DNA of 64,000 bases from NCBI GenBank assembly GCA_963707635.1, contig OY970173.1:2240001-2304000 (forward strand). Reading direction: 5' to 3'. The stretch's first letter is position 1. Every line of letters starts with the position of its first letter. Shown in pieces: positions 55,297-64,000 of the stretch. The position numbers and the translations under genes were made by a program. The notes beneath the pieces were generated by a model, which saw only the letters and a program-made list of their open reading frames with translations, had not been told where the DNA came from and ran no database searches. Source of the DNA: Candidatus Latescibacterota bacterium (GTDB lineage: Bacteria > Krumholzibacteriota > Krumholzibacteriia > WVZY01 > JAKEHA01).

Positions 55297-57225
55297 CTAA
55301 CGCGCGTCGAGCTCGATGGTCGTGTCGAGAACCGACGAGTTGCCGATTCGGTCGAACGCGACGACACGGACGGACTGCGATCCGATTATAGGTTCGCCGT
55401 CGAGCGAGACAACGACTTTCTTGCCGAGAAAGTCCCAGCGCACCACGCGGCGCCGGCCCCCGACCCAGACGCGCAGGCGCGCCTCGTCGAATCCGGACCC
55501 GGCGTCGTCTACCGGAATATCCAGCTCCTGGACGACCGCCCCGGTCGCGTACGACACGACCGCGCGCGGGCGCGGACTGCCGAGCTTCGGGGCGGTCTCG
55601 TCGCGGAACACCGCGAAGACGCCCGGGCGGGCGGTCGCCGCCGCCAGGACACCACTCGAATCCCGCCGCGACGCCAGAAAACTCCACCCGTTCGAGCTGT
55701 CGAGGCGGTAGATCGCGTCCTTCTCCGTCGCCACCCCGGCCTCGACGCGCACCGTCGCGTCGTGCCGGAGCACGAGGCCCACCGGGCCCACCCGCACGGC
55801 CCGCGTGCGGCGGACGAGCTCGCGTCCGGCCCGCTCGGGGGCGTCCACGCCGCGTAGATAGACGACCGCATCCCCGTAGAGCGCCCCGGCCGGGACGTCG
55901 AACGCGAGTCCCAGGGCGGGAACGACCACCGGTTCCCGCCGGGCGGCGTTCACGCCGGCCACGTACACCACCGCCGTGTCCCGGTCTGCATACGCCGCCA
56001 ACGGCCGGGCCCGACCAGCTACGTCGGTCGCCCGGATCACCACCACGGGACCCTCCCCATGGTCGCCACGGTGCCGGGGGCGCGTGGGCCCCAGCGGGAT
56101 CACGGCAAAGTCGCCGCCGAAGTACGCCCCGTCGAGGTCGAGAGCGAGCACGTCGGCGCGGAACCGCTTGGAGGAGCGGGACGCGCCCCCGTCGTCCAGC
56201 TTATAAATGAACAAGAGTTCGCACCGATTCCCGGCCACGTCGGCGACCACCACCCGCGCGGAGTCGGCCCGGCCCGGTATCGCCACCAGCGCACCGTCGC
56301 GCGTGAACTCGCCGAACGCCGCCGGAGCGCCTTGCGGCGCGAAGAGCTGGTAGAGCACCATGCCCCGCGCGCGCATCGCGCCCGCGTGGTAGAGCAGGTC
56401 GACATCATCCGCGCGGTCGAAGGTGAAGCGCTCCAGCCTGATTCGCGCCATCAGCGAATCGAACCGCTCGACGCGGAAATCATAGGGAGCGAGGCTTCCC
56501 GATTCCGCGTTGGCGCGATCGACCGCCGTCACTGCCACCCCCACCGCGCCGCGGATCCGCAGGGTGTCGTCGAGCTCGTAGCGCCCGTCCCCCCGGCGGC
56601 GGGGCCTCGTCTCCAGCGGCATCGGACTCCCGTTGACACTGGCTCCCGCCTCGAGCGGCACGAACACCACCCGGGTCAACCCGGGACGCAGGTGATCGCC
56701 AACCGGGAGTCCATGGACAAACGGATTGACCGGCGCGTCGTCCGGGTCACGGATCTCCAGATGGAGATGAGGAGCGGTCGCCCCCGTCGCGCCGGAGTAG
56801 GCGATCACCTCCCCCGCCCGCACCCGAAAACGATTCGGCGGCAGCCGGACATCGACCGCGTAGGTGGTATCGCGCGCCTGTTGGCTGCGAAGGGTGTCCT
56901 CGAGCGCGGGCGCGAACTCGGTCAGATGTGCGTACACCACCTGCATCCCCGAATCCAGCGTCAGGTGGAGCGCCCGGCCGTAGCCGCGGGACGACGCGCG
57001 CATGCGCGAGACCCAGCCGTCCGCCACGGCGAGGCACGGGACCCCCTCGCGGCCGAAGGTTCGCACGTCCAGGCCGGCGTGGAAGCGGCCGTCCCGGTAC
57101 TCGCAGAAGTTCGACGACACCGCGGGGTCCAGCGGGACCGGCCAGCGCCACGCGCCGTCGTCCGCCGCGGCGCCGACGACGGCGGCGGAGAGCGCGCGCA
57201 TTAGAATGAGAAAAGATCGAGTCAT
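55297..57225 (-). CDS. M23 family peptidase (secreted)
   Basis: SSNFCEYR..RFHAGLD (HxxxD), YAHL, SGATG..APHLHLEIR (HxH). Confidence 0.88.
   Translation of the reverse strand: MTRSFLILMRALSAAVVGAAADDGAWRWPVPLDPAVSSNFCEYRDGRFHAGLDVRTFGREGVPCLAVADGWVSRMRASSRGYGRALHLTLDSGMQVVYAHLTEFAPALEDTLRSQQARDTTYAVDVRLPPNRFRVRAGEVIAYSGATGATAPHLHLEIRDPDDAPVNPFVHGLPVGDHLRPGLTRVVFVPLEAGASVNGSPMPLETRPRRRGDGRYELDDTLRIRGAVGVAVTAVDRANAESGSLAPYDFRVERFDSLMARIRLERFTFDRADDVDLLYHAGAMRARGMVLYQLFAPQGAPAAFGEFTRDGALVAIPGRADSARVVVADVAGNRCELLFIYKLDDGGASRSSKRFRADVLALDLDGAYFGGDFAVIPLGPTRPRHRGDHGEGPVVVIRATDVAGRARPLAAYADRDTAVVYVAGVNAARREPVVVPALGLAFDVPAGALYGDAVVYLRGVDAPERAGRELVRRTRAVRVGPVGLVLRHDATVRVEAGVATEKDAIYRLDSSNGWSFLASRRDSSGVLAAATARPGVFAVFRDETAPKLGSPRPRAVVSYATGAVVQELDIPVDDAGSGFDEARLRVWVGGRRRVVRWDFLGKKVVVSLDGEPIIGSQSVRVVAFDRIGNSSVLDTTIELDAR
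55385..55412 (-). promoter_or_regulatory. Candidate internal sigma-70 promoter for dnaE inside the M23 gene 3' end
   Basis: TTGTCT-16nt-TATAAT; perfect -10 in a very GC-rich context. Confidence 0.5.
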
Positions 57226-57273
57226 GATGTGGTTTGCGCGCGCGCCGGGGCGTCGGGCACGCGGAGCGCGGGG

Positions 57274-57379
57274 ACGCTAGCACCCGGCCGTCGCTCGTGT
57301 CAAAGACAAGCACACCCGCCCCCGCGCGCTCCTGCACCGGATTGCGCGCTTGTCACTCAAACCGACCCTGTGGTACATT
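57274..57379. promoter_or_regulatory. Divergent sigma-70 promoter pair (M23 on minus, ppiD-like on plus)
   Basis: Minus: TTGACA(57303-57298)-18nt-TAGCGT with TG extension. Plus: TTGTCA(57350)-18nt-TACATT with TG extension. Confidence 0.6.
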
Positions 57380-57464
57380 GCCCACTTGGCATGTGGCAAC
57401 GATTCAAGCGGTTGGCGCCGTCGCCGGACCGCGGACCGCGCAGGAGTGGAGTGGTGATGTCGGT

Positions 57465-59249
57465 ATGATGAAGCAGATGCGGGAGGGCACCAAGGTCATC
57501 CTGTGGGTGGTGGTGATCGCGTTCGTGATCACGATCTTCGCGGTGTGGGGTCTCGACCTCCAGTCCGGAAGCACGGGTCAGAAACAGAACGAAGTCGGCC
57601 GCGTCAACGGAGTTCCCGTCTCCGCGCAGACCTACCAGCAGATCTACTCGCAGCTGGCACAGCAGTTCCGCGCCCAGGGTTCCGGCGAGCTCTCCGCCGC
57701 CCAGCAGGAGCTCGTCCGCGAGCAGGCCTGGGACAACATCGTTTCGAACATCATCACCGGCGAAGAGATCAAGAAACTCGGTATCGGCGTGACCGACGAC
57801 GAGGTCCTCACCTACCTGCGCCAGTCGCCGCCCCCGGAGGTCCAGCAGTACTTCAAGCGCGACGACGGGTCGTTCGACTACGCCGCCTATCAGGCCGCGC
57901 TGAACAACCCGGAGGCGGATTGGACGGCGGTGGAGGAACTCGCGCGGCAACGAATTCCGGTGCTGAAACTGAACACCTACCTGATGGCGCAGGTACACGT
58001 GTCCGCGACGGAAGTCAGGCGCGCGTATGACGAAGAGAACGTCAAGCTCATCGCCGAGTACGTTGAATTTCCCATCGAAGCGGAGGACGTCGGGAACTGG
58101 GCGCCGTCGGACGCCGACGTGCAGGCCTTCTACGACGCCCACCCGGATCGATTCCAGGACGTGGAAAAGGCGACGTTGGAGTACGTTCGCGTTCCCATCG
58201 CGCCCTCGCCACGCGACCGCGCCGACCTCCTCTTTTCCGCCGCGCAGATTCGCAGCGACGCGATCGCAGGGGACTTCGCCGACGTCGCGAAAACCTATTC
58301 CGAGGCGCAGACCGCCAGCGTGGGCGGCGAGACCGGTTTCCTCGACCGTTCGCAGCGCGACGAGGCCGTCATGAAGGCGGTCGATTCGCTCAAGCCGGGC
58401 GGAACCAGCGAGCCGGTCACCACACCAGACGGCGTGTACGTGGTACAGCTGGTCGAGACGAAGAAGGAGAAGGGTGTCACCAAGTGCAACCTGCGCGAGA
58501 TCTTCCTCAAGCTCTCCGCCGGCTCCGAGACCGTCGATTCATTGACCGCGATCGCGCAGGATATCCATCAGCGCGCCGCCGACGGCGGCGACCTCGCGGC
58601 GGCCGCGCAGGCTCACGGACTCGAGGTCCAGGCCACGGGCACCTTCGGCCGGGGTGTCATCCCGGGGCTCGGCTATGTTCCGTCGGTCACTCGCTTCGCG
58701 TTCACGAGCGAGGCCGGCCAGATCAGCGGAGTCCTCTCCGACGACCACAACCTGTTCGTGTGTCGCGCGGGCGGACGCACGCCCGCGACCGCGCGGCCGC
58801 TGACCGAGGTCGCGGACGTGATTCGTCAGGACCTGGTTCGCCAGCACAAGGTCGACCTCGCGCTGCGCAAGGCGGAGGGGTTCCGCAAGACCGCAACCCT
58901 GCCGGACATGCCCTTTGCACGGGCCGCCGCCCAGTACGGGTTTCGCGTCGCCAAGACCGATTCGTTCACCGTCTACCAGCCGCCCGCAGGGATGGCGCCG
59001 CAAAGCGAGTTCGCGCGCGGCGCGCTGGCCAGCGAGCCGGGAATGGTGGGAGGCGCCGTCGAGAGTGGGAATTCGGTGTACGTGATCCGTCTGATCGGGC
59101 GCGTCAGCCCCGCCACCGAGGTGTTCAAGTCTCGGGCGCCGGCGCTGCTGCAGCAGCTTCGCGATCAGAAGATCCAGGCCTACGTGATGTACTGGTACAA
59201 CGACCTCAAGGAAAAGAGCAAAGTCGAAGACTTGCGGCAGGCGCTCTAG
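57465..59249 (+). CDS. ppiD: PpiD/SurA-like membrane-anchored periplasmic chaperone / parvulin PPIase
   Basis: MM..MRE..K.ILW TM, VG.VNG, F..VAK.YSE...A..GG..GF, S.PV....G.YV. Confidence 0.8.
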   Translation: MMKQMREGTKVILWVVVIAFVITIFAVWGLDLQSGSTGQKQNEVGRVNGVPVSAQTYQQIYSQLAQQFRAQGSGELSAAQQELVREQAWDNIVSNIITGEEIKKLGIGVTDDEVLTYLRQSPPPEVQQYFKRDDGSFDYAAYQAALNNPEADWTAVEELARQRIPVLKLNTYLMAQVHVSATEVRRAYDEENVKLIAEYVEFPIEAEDVGNWAPSDADVQAFYDAHPDRFQDVEKATLEYVRVPIAPSPRDRADLLFSAAQIRSDAIAGDFADVAKTYSEAQTASVGGETGFLDRSQRDEAVMKAVDSLKPGGTSEPVTTPDGVYVVQLVETKKEKGVTKCNLREIFLKLSAGSETVDSLTAIAQDIHQRAADGGDLAAAAQAHGLEVQATGTFGRGVIPGLGYVPSVTRFAFTSEAGQISGVLSDDHNLFVCRAGGRTPATARPLTEVADVIRQDLVRQHKVDLALRKAEGFRKTATLPDMPFARAAAQYGFRVAKTDSFTVYQPPAGMAPQSEFARGALASEPGMVGGAVESGNSVYVIRLIGRVSPATEVFKSRAPALLQQLRDQKIQAYVMYWYNDLKEKSKVEDLRQAL

Positions 59250-59267
59250 CTCCCGAGCGCAGCCCCC

Positions 59268-59417
59268 GCGCGCCAACTACTTCACGGAGTTCACGGCGCG
59301 CGGAGGGAGGGCTCCCGCTCGCGGGACACCCGACGCGCGCTCACTGCCTCACGGGGTCACGGCGCGCGGAGGGAGGGCTCCCGCTCGCGGGACACCCGAC
59401 GCGCGCCCACTACCTCT
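59268..59417. repeat. About 2.3 tandem copies of a 66-bp palindromic REP-like unit between convergent genes
   Basis: 59291-59340 identical to 59357-59406; internal TCCCGC-TC-GCGGGA hairpin closed by GCGCG/CGCGC. Confidence 0.9.
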
Positions 59418-59625
59418 ACTCAGGCTTCTTGTCGACGGGCTTCTCGCTGGTCGCGGACGTGATTTCGTCCTGCGCCTCGCGCGTCGCCGATTTGAACTTC
59501 CGGATGGACTTGCCGAGCGCGTCCGCGAATTCGGGCAGACGCTTGGGGCCGAAGATGACGAGGACGATGATCAGGATGATGACCAGCTCGTTCCAGCCGA
59601 TCGGTCCGATGAATGCGAACAACAT
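59416..59625 (-). CDS. tatA: Twin-arginine translocase TatA/E
   Basis: IG.NELVIILIIVLVIFGPKRLPE....LGKSIRKFK. Confidence 0.95.
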   Translation of the reverse strand: MLFAFIGPIGWNELVIILIIVLVIFGPKRLPEFADALGKSIRKFKSATREAQDEITSATSEKPVDKKPE

Positions 59626-59640
59626 GACTCCTCCAGCGCG

Positions 59641-59913
59641 CTACCAGGCGTAGCGCAAGAACACGAGCACCACGAAGATCCCGATCACGCTCATCAGGTT
59701 CACGCGCAGCGAAAATCCGAGCGTGAAGCTGAACACCACGAGATCGACGTGGACCGGACCGACGTGCAGATCGGTCGCGTTCACGAATACGTCGCGGATC
59801 AGTTTTCCTTCCGGGAGCACGAGGCCCACAGCCTCGCCGAGGACGGTTCCCACGACGATTCCGAGAAACAGGGTCAGCGCGACGAGCGCGAGCGGCCGCC
59901 TTCGCGACGACAA
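59641..59913 (-). CDS. Small membrane protein, DUF4321-like
   Basis: TM-G.VLGE...VDLVVFSFTLGFSLRVNLMSVIG pattern. Confidence 0.75.
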   Translation of the reverse strand: MSSRRRPLALVALTLFLGIVVGTVLGEAVGLVLPEGKLIRDVFVNATDLHVGPVHVDLVVFSFTLGFSLRVNLMSVIGIFVVLVFLRYAW

Positions 59914-59974
59914 CGGGACCTCCTACACCGGTTTCACAACCTTGGTTCCAGAGCCGAGCATACGGGAGTGCGTG

Positions 59975-60445
59975 CTACTCCGCCAAGTCCTTTTCCCGCT
60001 TCCAACCCAGCTCGAGCGCCCGGTAATCCGCGCCGAGAATGAGCGACGCGTCTTCGAAGGCGCCCCGGTCGAGCTGCCGCACGACGTGCCCGCACCCGAT
60101 CGCTTCCGCCAGTAACTCCACCTCGCCGCCGCGTTTCCGCGCCACCAGGATGGACTCCCGGTAGTCGAAGCGCTCGGCGTTGCCCACCTCCACCACCTCG
60201 ACTCCGAGCCGGGCCAGCCCCGCCTGGGCGTCGGCAGCGATCCCGGGGATTCCGGTCCCGTTCAGGAGTGCGACGCGCAGCGGGCGCGACTTGCCGTCGT
60301 CACCAATCTGCCGGACGAACAGCCCGAACGTGATCGACGCCGCGCACAGCACGAGCACGAGCGTCGAAAGCCCGACCGCGATTCGCTGGCCGAGCCCGCC
60401 GCGTACGGCGCGGCGATTGCGTTTCCTGCGTGATCGGTTCGCCAT
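59975..60445 (-). CDS. Membrane-anchored LytR C-terminal domain protein
   Basis: VALLNGTGIPGIA, VGNA..FDY..S, LILGADY; GGAGGTG SD. Confidence 0.85.
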   Translation of the reverse strand: MANRSRRKRNRRAVRGGLGQRIAVGLSTLVLVLCAASITFGLFVRQIGDDGKSRPLRVALLNGTGIPGIAADAQAGLARLGVEVVEVGNAERFDYRESILVARKRGGEVELLAEAIGCGHVVRQLDRGAFEDASLILGADYRALELGWKREKDLAE

Positions 60446-60465
60446 CTCACCTCCGAGCGCGGGCG

Positions 60466-60951
60466 CTACGCGCTCGCCAACGCTTTCAGCAACCGTTGGT
60501 ACGTGTCGTCCGGACTCTCGGAGACCACGCGTGTCTCGCCGATCGCGGACATGAAATTCGTGTCACCCTGCCAGCGCGGAACCACGTGCATGTGGAAGTG
60601 CCCCACGATCCCGGCGCCCGCGCTGCGTCCGAGATTCGCGCCGACGTTCACGCCGTCGGGCTGGTAGGCGGCGGCCAGCGCGCGCTCGCACTTCGCCAGC
60701 AGGTGGACCAGCTCCGCGCCTTCGGCGGCGTCGAAATCGCTCATACGCTCGACGTGGCGGTTACACACCACCATCGTGTGCCCGGTGGTGTACGGGTATC
60801 GATTGATCACGACGAACCAGTGGCGGCCGCGCTCCAGGATGAGGTTGGCGCGATCGTCCGGAGAGGAAACCAGGGCACAGAACAGACAGCCGCGTTCGGG
60901 TTCGCCCATCAGGTATGCCGATCTCCACGGCGCATACAGCCTTCCCATCAT
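60466..60951 (-). CDS. HIT family hydrolase (Ap4A phosphorylase type)
   Basis: LYAPWR..Y, CLFC, NRYPY..GH, N.G.N.G..AGAGI..HFHMHVVPRW.GDTNF. Confidence 0.92.
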   Translation of the reverse strand: MMGRLYAPWRSAYLMGEPERGCLFCALVSSPDDRANLILERGRHWFVVINRYPYTTGHTMVVCNRHVERMSDFDAAEGAELVHLLAKCERALAAAYQPDGVNVGANLGRSAGAGIVGHFHMHVVPRWQGDTNFMSAIGETRVVSESPDDTYQRLLKALASA

Positions 60952-61694
60952 GGCGCATCGCCGACGACGAACCGCCGCACGGCCTCGAGCTCCTCGGGGT
61001 TGTTCACCCCCGCCACCTCGCGGGGGTCGTCGACGCGAAAGGCACCCACGGGGCGCCCCTCGGTTCGCAACAGCCCGATCACATCGGTGAGGTAGTACTC
61101 GTTCTGCGAATTGCGCCGTCCCACCCGCTTCAGCGCCGGGAACAGCGCGTCGGCCTCGAAACAAAACAGCCCCGAGTTGACTTCGCGCAGCGCGAGCTCC
61201 TCCGGGGACGCGTCCTTGTGTTCCACGATGCGCAGCAATTGCCCCTGCGCGTCGCGCACGATGCGGCCGTAGCCGGCCGGGTCCTCCAGCTCCGCGGTCA
61301 GCACCGTCGCCACCGAGCCGGCGCGATGGTGCGCGCCCACGAAGCGACGGATGGTCTCGGCCCGAAGCCCCGGCACATCGCCGTTGAGTACCACCACCGT
61401 GCCGTCGAACGCCGCGAGCGCGGGGGCCGCCTGTACCACCGCGTGGCCGGTTCCCAGTTGCTCTCGCTGGCGCACGAATTCCACCCCGGTGCCCGCGCAC
61501 GCGCTCTCCACGCGCTCCGCCTGGTAGCCGGTCACCACCACCACCCGTTCCGGCGCGAGCTGGCGCACGGTGTCGATCACGTGAAGGATCATCGGCCGGC
61601 CGCCGATGGGGTGGAGCACCTTGGGAAGGTCGGAGTTCATCCGCTTTCCCATCCCGGCGCCCAGGATCACCACCGCTAGTTTCGATCGCTCCAT
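60948..61694 (-). CDS. glmU: GlmU-like GlcNAc-1-P uridylyltransferase, N-terminal domain only
   Basis: GAGMGKRMNS.LPKVLH, QLGTGHAV, NGDVP, GYGRIVR, EYYLTD, GVN; no hexapeptide domain. Confidence 0.85.
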   Translation of the reverse strand: MERSKLAVVILGAGMGKRMNSDLPKVLHPIGGRPMILHVIDTVRQLAPERVVVVTGYQAERVESACAGTGVEFVRQREQLGTGHAVVQAAPALAAFDGTVVVLNGDVPGLRAETIRRFVGAHHRAGSVATVLTAELEDPAGYGRIVRDAQGQLLRIVEHKDASPEELALREVNSGLFCFEADALFPALKRVGRRNSQNEYYLTDVIGLLRTEGRPVGAFRVDDPREVAGVNNPEELEAVRRFVVGDAP

Positions 61695-61728
61695 CGGCGG
61701 GCCGCTCCCCGCGCGCCTCGCGCGGTCG

Positions 61729-62610
61729 TCAGAAAAGCGCGACGTCGGCGGCCACACCGGTCGCGCTCACGTCGAACACCATGTTGTCGATGAGCCGCGT
61801 GCGGCCCACCCACGCGGCGGCCGCGAGTATAACCCGCCCCTCGACGCGCTCCAAAGTGCAAAGATCGCCCGCGCGGCGCAGCTCAGCATAGTCGATACGG
61901 TCGAACCCGTCCGCGCGCAGCGACGCGAGCGTCGCCCGCTCCACCGCCGCGGGGTCGCGCTCCCCCGCCTCCAGCGCGGCTCGCGCCCGCCCCAGCGCCC
62001 GGTACATCCCGGCCGCGCGCGTTCGTTCCCCGGGGGTGAGGTAACGGTTGCGCGAGCTCAGGGCGAGCCCGTCCGCCTCCCGGACCGTGCGGCAGAGGCG
62101 CAGCTCGATGCCCATGTTCAGTTGATCGACGAGGGTGCGAACGACGAGCGCCTGCTGCGCGTCCTTCTGACCGAACACGGCCACGTCCGGCGCCACGATG
62201 TGAAACAACTTGGTCACCACCGTGGCCACGGCGCGGAAATGGCCGGGGCGAAAGCGCCCGCACAGCGGCTCCGACACGCTGTCGACCGTGACCCACGCGC
62301 GCGGCGGCTCCGGGTACACGACCTCGCGCGCGGGGGCGAAGAGCGCGTCGCAGCGCCACGCGCGCAGTTGCTCCTCGTCGGCCGCGAGCGTGCGCGGATA
62401 AGCGTCGAAATCCTCGCCCGGACCGAACTGGGTTGGATTGACGAAGATCGAGCAGACGACCAGCGCGCCGGGAATCTCGCGGCCCAGTGCGACGCACGCG
62501 CGGTGGCCGGCGTGGAGCGCCCCCATCGTGGGCACGAATACCACCGGCCGGTCCCGCCCGCGAGCGGCCAGGAACCCCTGGAGCGGTTCGATCGCGCGAA
62601 ATACGTCCAT
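61729..62610 (-). CDS. panC: Pantoate-beta-alanine ligase
   Basis: FVPTMGALHAGH, SIFVNPTQF, RPGHF, FGQKDAQQ, READGLALSSRN, RLIDN. Confidence 0.97.
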   Translation of the reverse strand: MDVFRAIEPLQGFLAARGRDRPVVFVPTMGALHAGHRACVALGREIPGALVVCSIFVNPTQFGPGEDFDAYPRTLAADEEQLRAWRCDALFAPAREVVYPEPPRAWVTVDSVSEPLCGRFRPGHFRAVATVVTKLFHIVAPDVAVFGQKDAQQALVVRTLVDQLNMGIELRLCRTVREADGLALSSRNRYLTPGERTRAAGMYRALGRARAALEAGERDPAAVERATLASLRADGFDRIDYAELRRAGDLCTLERVEGRVILAAAAWVGRTRLIDNMVFDVSATGVAADVALF

Positions 62611-62618
62611 AGGGGACG

Positions 62619-63434
62619 CTACTCCGACGAGTAGCTGTGGTCGAGGTCGGGAAAGCGGCCGTCTTTCACGTCGCGGATGTACGCGTCGAACGCGGCCGAC
62701 ATCTGCTTGCCCATCTCGGCGTAGCGTTTCACGAACCGCGGCGCGAACTCGTCGTTCATGCCCAGCAGGTCGTTGACCACGAGCACCTGGCCGTCGCAGC
62801 GGGGACCCGCTCCGATGCCGATGGTGGGGATGGACACCGCCGCCGTGATGCGCTCCGCCAGCTGCCACGGCATGCCCTCGACCACGATGGCGAAACACCC
62901 GCACGCCGCCAGGAACTGCGCCTCCTCGACCAGCAGCTCCGCGTCGCGCGGCTCCTTCCCCTGCACGCGGTAGCCGCCGAACTGGTGCAGGGACTGCGGC
63001 GTCAAACCGACGTGCCCCATCACCGGAATGGCGGCGTCGAGGATCGCGCGGATGACCGGCTCCATGCGCTTGCCTCCCTCGAGCTTCACGGCTTCCGCGC
63101 CTCCCTCCTTGACCAGTCGGCCCGCGTTGCGGACCGCATCCGGCACCCCCGCCTGATAGCTCATGAACGGCAGGTCGCCGACCAGCAGGGCGCGTGGGCG
63201 CGCGCGCGCCACCGCCTTCAAGTGATGCACGATCTCTTCCAGCGTCACCGGAATCGTGTTCTCGTACCCGAGCACCACCATCCCGAGGCTGTCTCCCACC
63301 AGCATGACGTCGACCCCGCTCTGGTCCTCCAGCACCGCCGTCGCGTAGTCGTACGCAGTGAGCATGACGATTTTCTCGCCGCGGCGCTTCATCTCGGCCA
63401 GGGTCTGGACCGTCACCTTCGCGCGCCGCGTCAT
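62619..63434 (-). CDS. panB: 3-methyl-2-oxobutanoate hydroxymethyltransferase
   Basis: MLTAYD, LVGDSLG, DLPFMSY, VKLEGG, GHVGLTPQS, TIGIGAG..CDGQVLV. Confidence 0.98.
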   Translation of the reverse strand: MTRRAKVTVQTLAEMKRRGEKIVMLTAYDYATAVLEDQSGVDVMLVGDSLGMVVLGYENTIPVTLEEIVHHLKAVARARPRALLVGDLPFMSYQAGVPDAVRNAGRLVKEGGAEAVKLEGGKRMEPVIRAILDAAIPVMGHVGLTPQSLHQFGGYRVQGKEPRDAELLVEEAQFLAACGCFAIVVEGMPWQLAERITAAVSIPTIGIGAGPRCDGQVLVVNDLLGMNDEFAPRFVKRYAEMGKQMSAAFDAYIRDVKDGRFPDLDHSYSSE

Positions 63435-64000
63435 CGCGCCTCCCACGTGGGCACATACAACTCCGTGTTGACCACCGGTTCCGCGAGGCGGCGCACCAGA
63501 TCGAAGAAATGCCGCTCGTCGTTCACGAAATCCATCGCGTCGGTATTGACCACCAGCAGCGGACCGGCCGCGTAGTTGAAGAAGTAGTGGTTGAACGCCT
63601 CGTTGAGCGCGTCGAGGTAGTCGCGCGAAAGCGAGCGCTCGTAGCCGCGGCCGCGCGACTGAATGCGGTCGAAGAGCACGGAGGCCGACGCCTGCAGGTA
63701 GATCACCAGGTCGGGTCGCACCACCCGCGCCTCGAGCTCCGACGCCACACGCTCGTAGAGGGCCAGCTCGTCGTCGCTCAGATTCACGTTGGCAAAGATG
63801 CGGTCGCGGGCGAACACGTAGTCGAATACCACGAGGTCGGCGAAGAGATCCTGCTGGTTCAGGGCGAGCTGCTGCTTGTAGCGGTTCATCAGGAAGACGA
63901 GCTGGGTCTGGAACCCGTAGGCCCCGGTGTCCTCGTAGAAGCGCTCGAGGAACGGGTTGTCGTCGACGCGATCCTCGACCAGACGCCCCCCCAGCCGCTT
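63431..64000 (-). CDS. Deoxynucleoside kinase family protein (5' end beyond window)
   Basis: NPFLERFY, FQTQLVFL.NRY, DRIFA, PDLVIYLQA, RI..RGR.YE; frame open to the edge. Confidence 0.9.
   Translation of the reverse strand, partial: KRLGGRLVEDRVDDNPFLERFYEDTGAYGFQTQLVFLMNRYKQQLALNQQDLFADLVVFDYVFARDRIFANVNLSDDELALYERVASELEARVVRPDLVIYLQASASVLFDRIQSRGRGYERSLSRDYLDALNEAFNHYFFNYAAGPLLVVNTDAMDFVNDERHFFDLVRRLAEPVVNTELYVPTWEAR

Noticed and set aside
59268..59417. Possible mini-CRISPR array
   Set aside because: Only two 50-bp units, 16-nt linkers that resemble each other, and no cas genes

Overview
High-GC bacterial chromosomal window with almost all genes on the minus strand. It holds no rRNA, tRNA, CRISPR array, transposase or phage genes. 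The gene content (PorU, PorV and T9SS-type C-terminal domains, GGAGG Shine-Dalgarno usage, split GlmU) suggests a non-Bacteroidota FCB-superphylum lineage such as Krumholzibacteriota or Latescibacterota; this is inference. Main blocks: (1) rsmD-coaD-obgE. (2) A complete ~22 kb type IVa pilus locus in Myxococcus/Geobacter-like order: pilB-pilT-pilC-pilS-pilR-pilA-ABC(pilH/pilI)-TPR(pilG-like)-pilD-pilMNOPQ-fimT-pilV-pilW-pilX-pilY1. It has four sigma-54 -24/-12 promoters, a shared palindromic candidate PilR enhancer, and a +1 frameshift in pilY1. (3) An ECF S-component, TonB-receptor-like and comEA operon. (4) A T9SS-CTD metalloprotease and an SgmX/FimV-like TPR protein. (5) hutH-hutU-hutI, where hutU needs a +1 shift at GGG-UGA-C after a 6-codon start ORF. 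(6) An outer-membrane cluster: trm112-porU, porV, two paralogous membrane proteins, an NHL lipoprotein, a 1130-aa barrel with SprA-like motifs, and an Omp85/POTRA protein. This is the best candidate for an undescribed T9SS-related secretion/anchoring module. (7) M23 peptidase-dnaE-yjbH-like-accA, ppiD-like, a REP-like tandem repeat, tatA, and dNK-panB-panC-glmU(N)-HIT-lytR_C-DUF4321. All family assignments come from motif recognition only; no database search was run.
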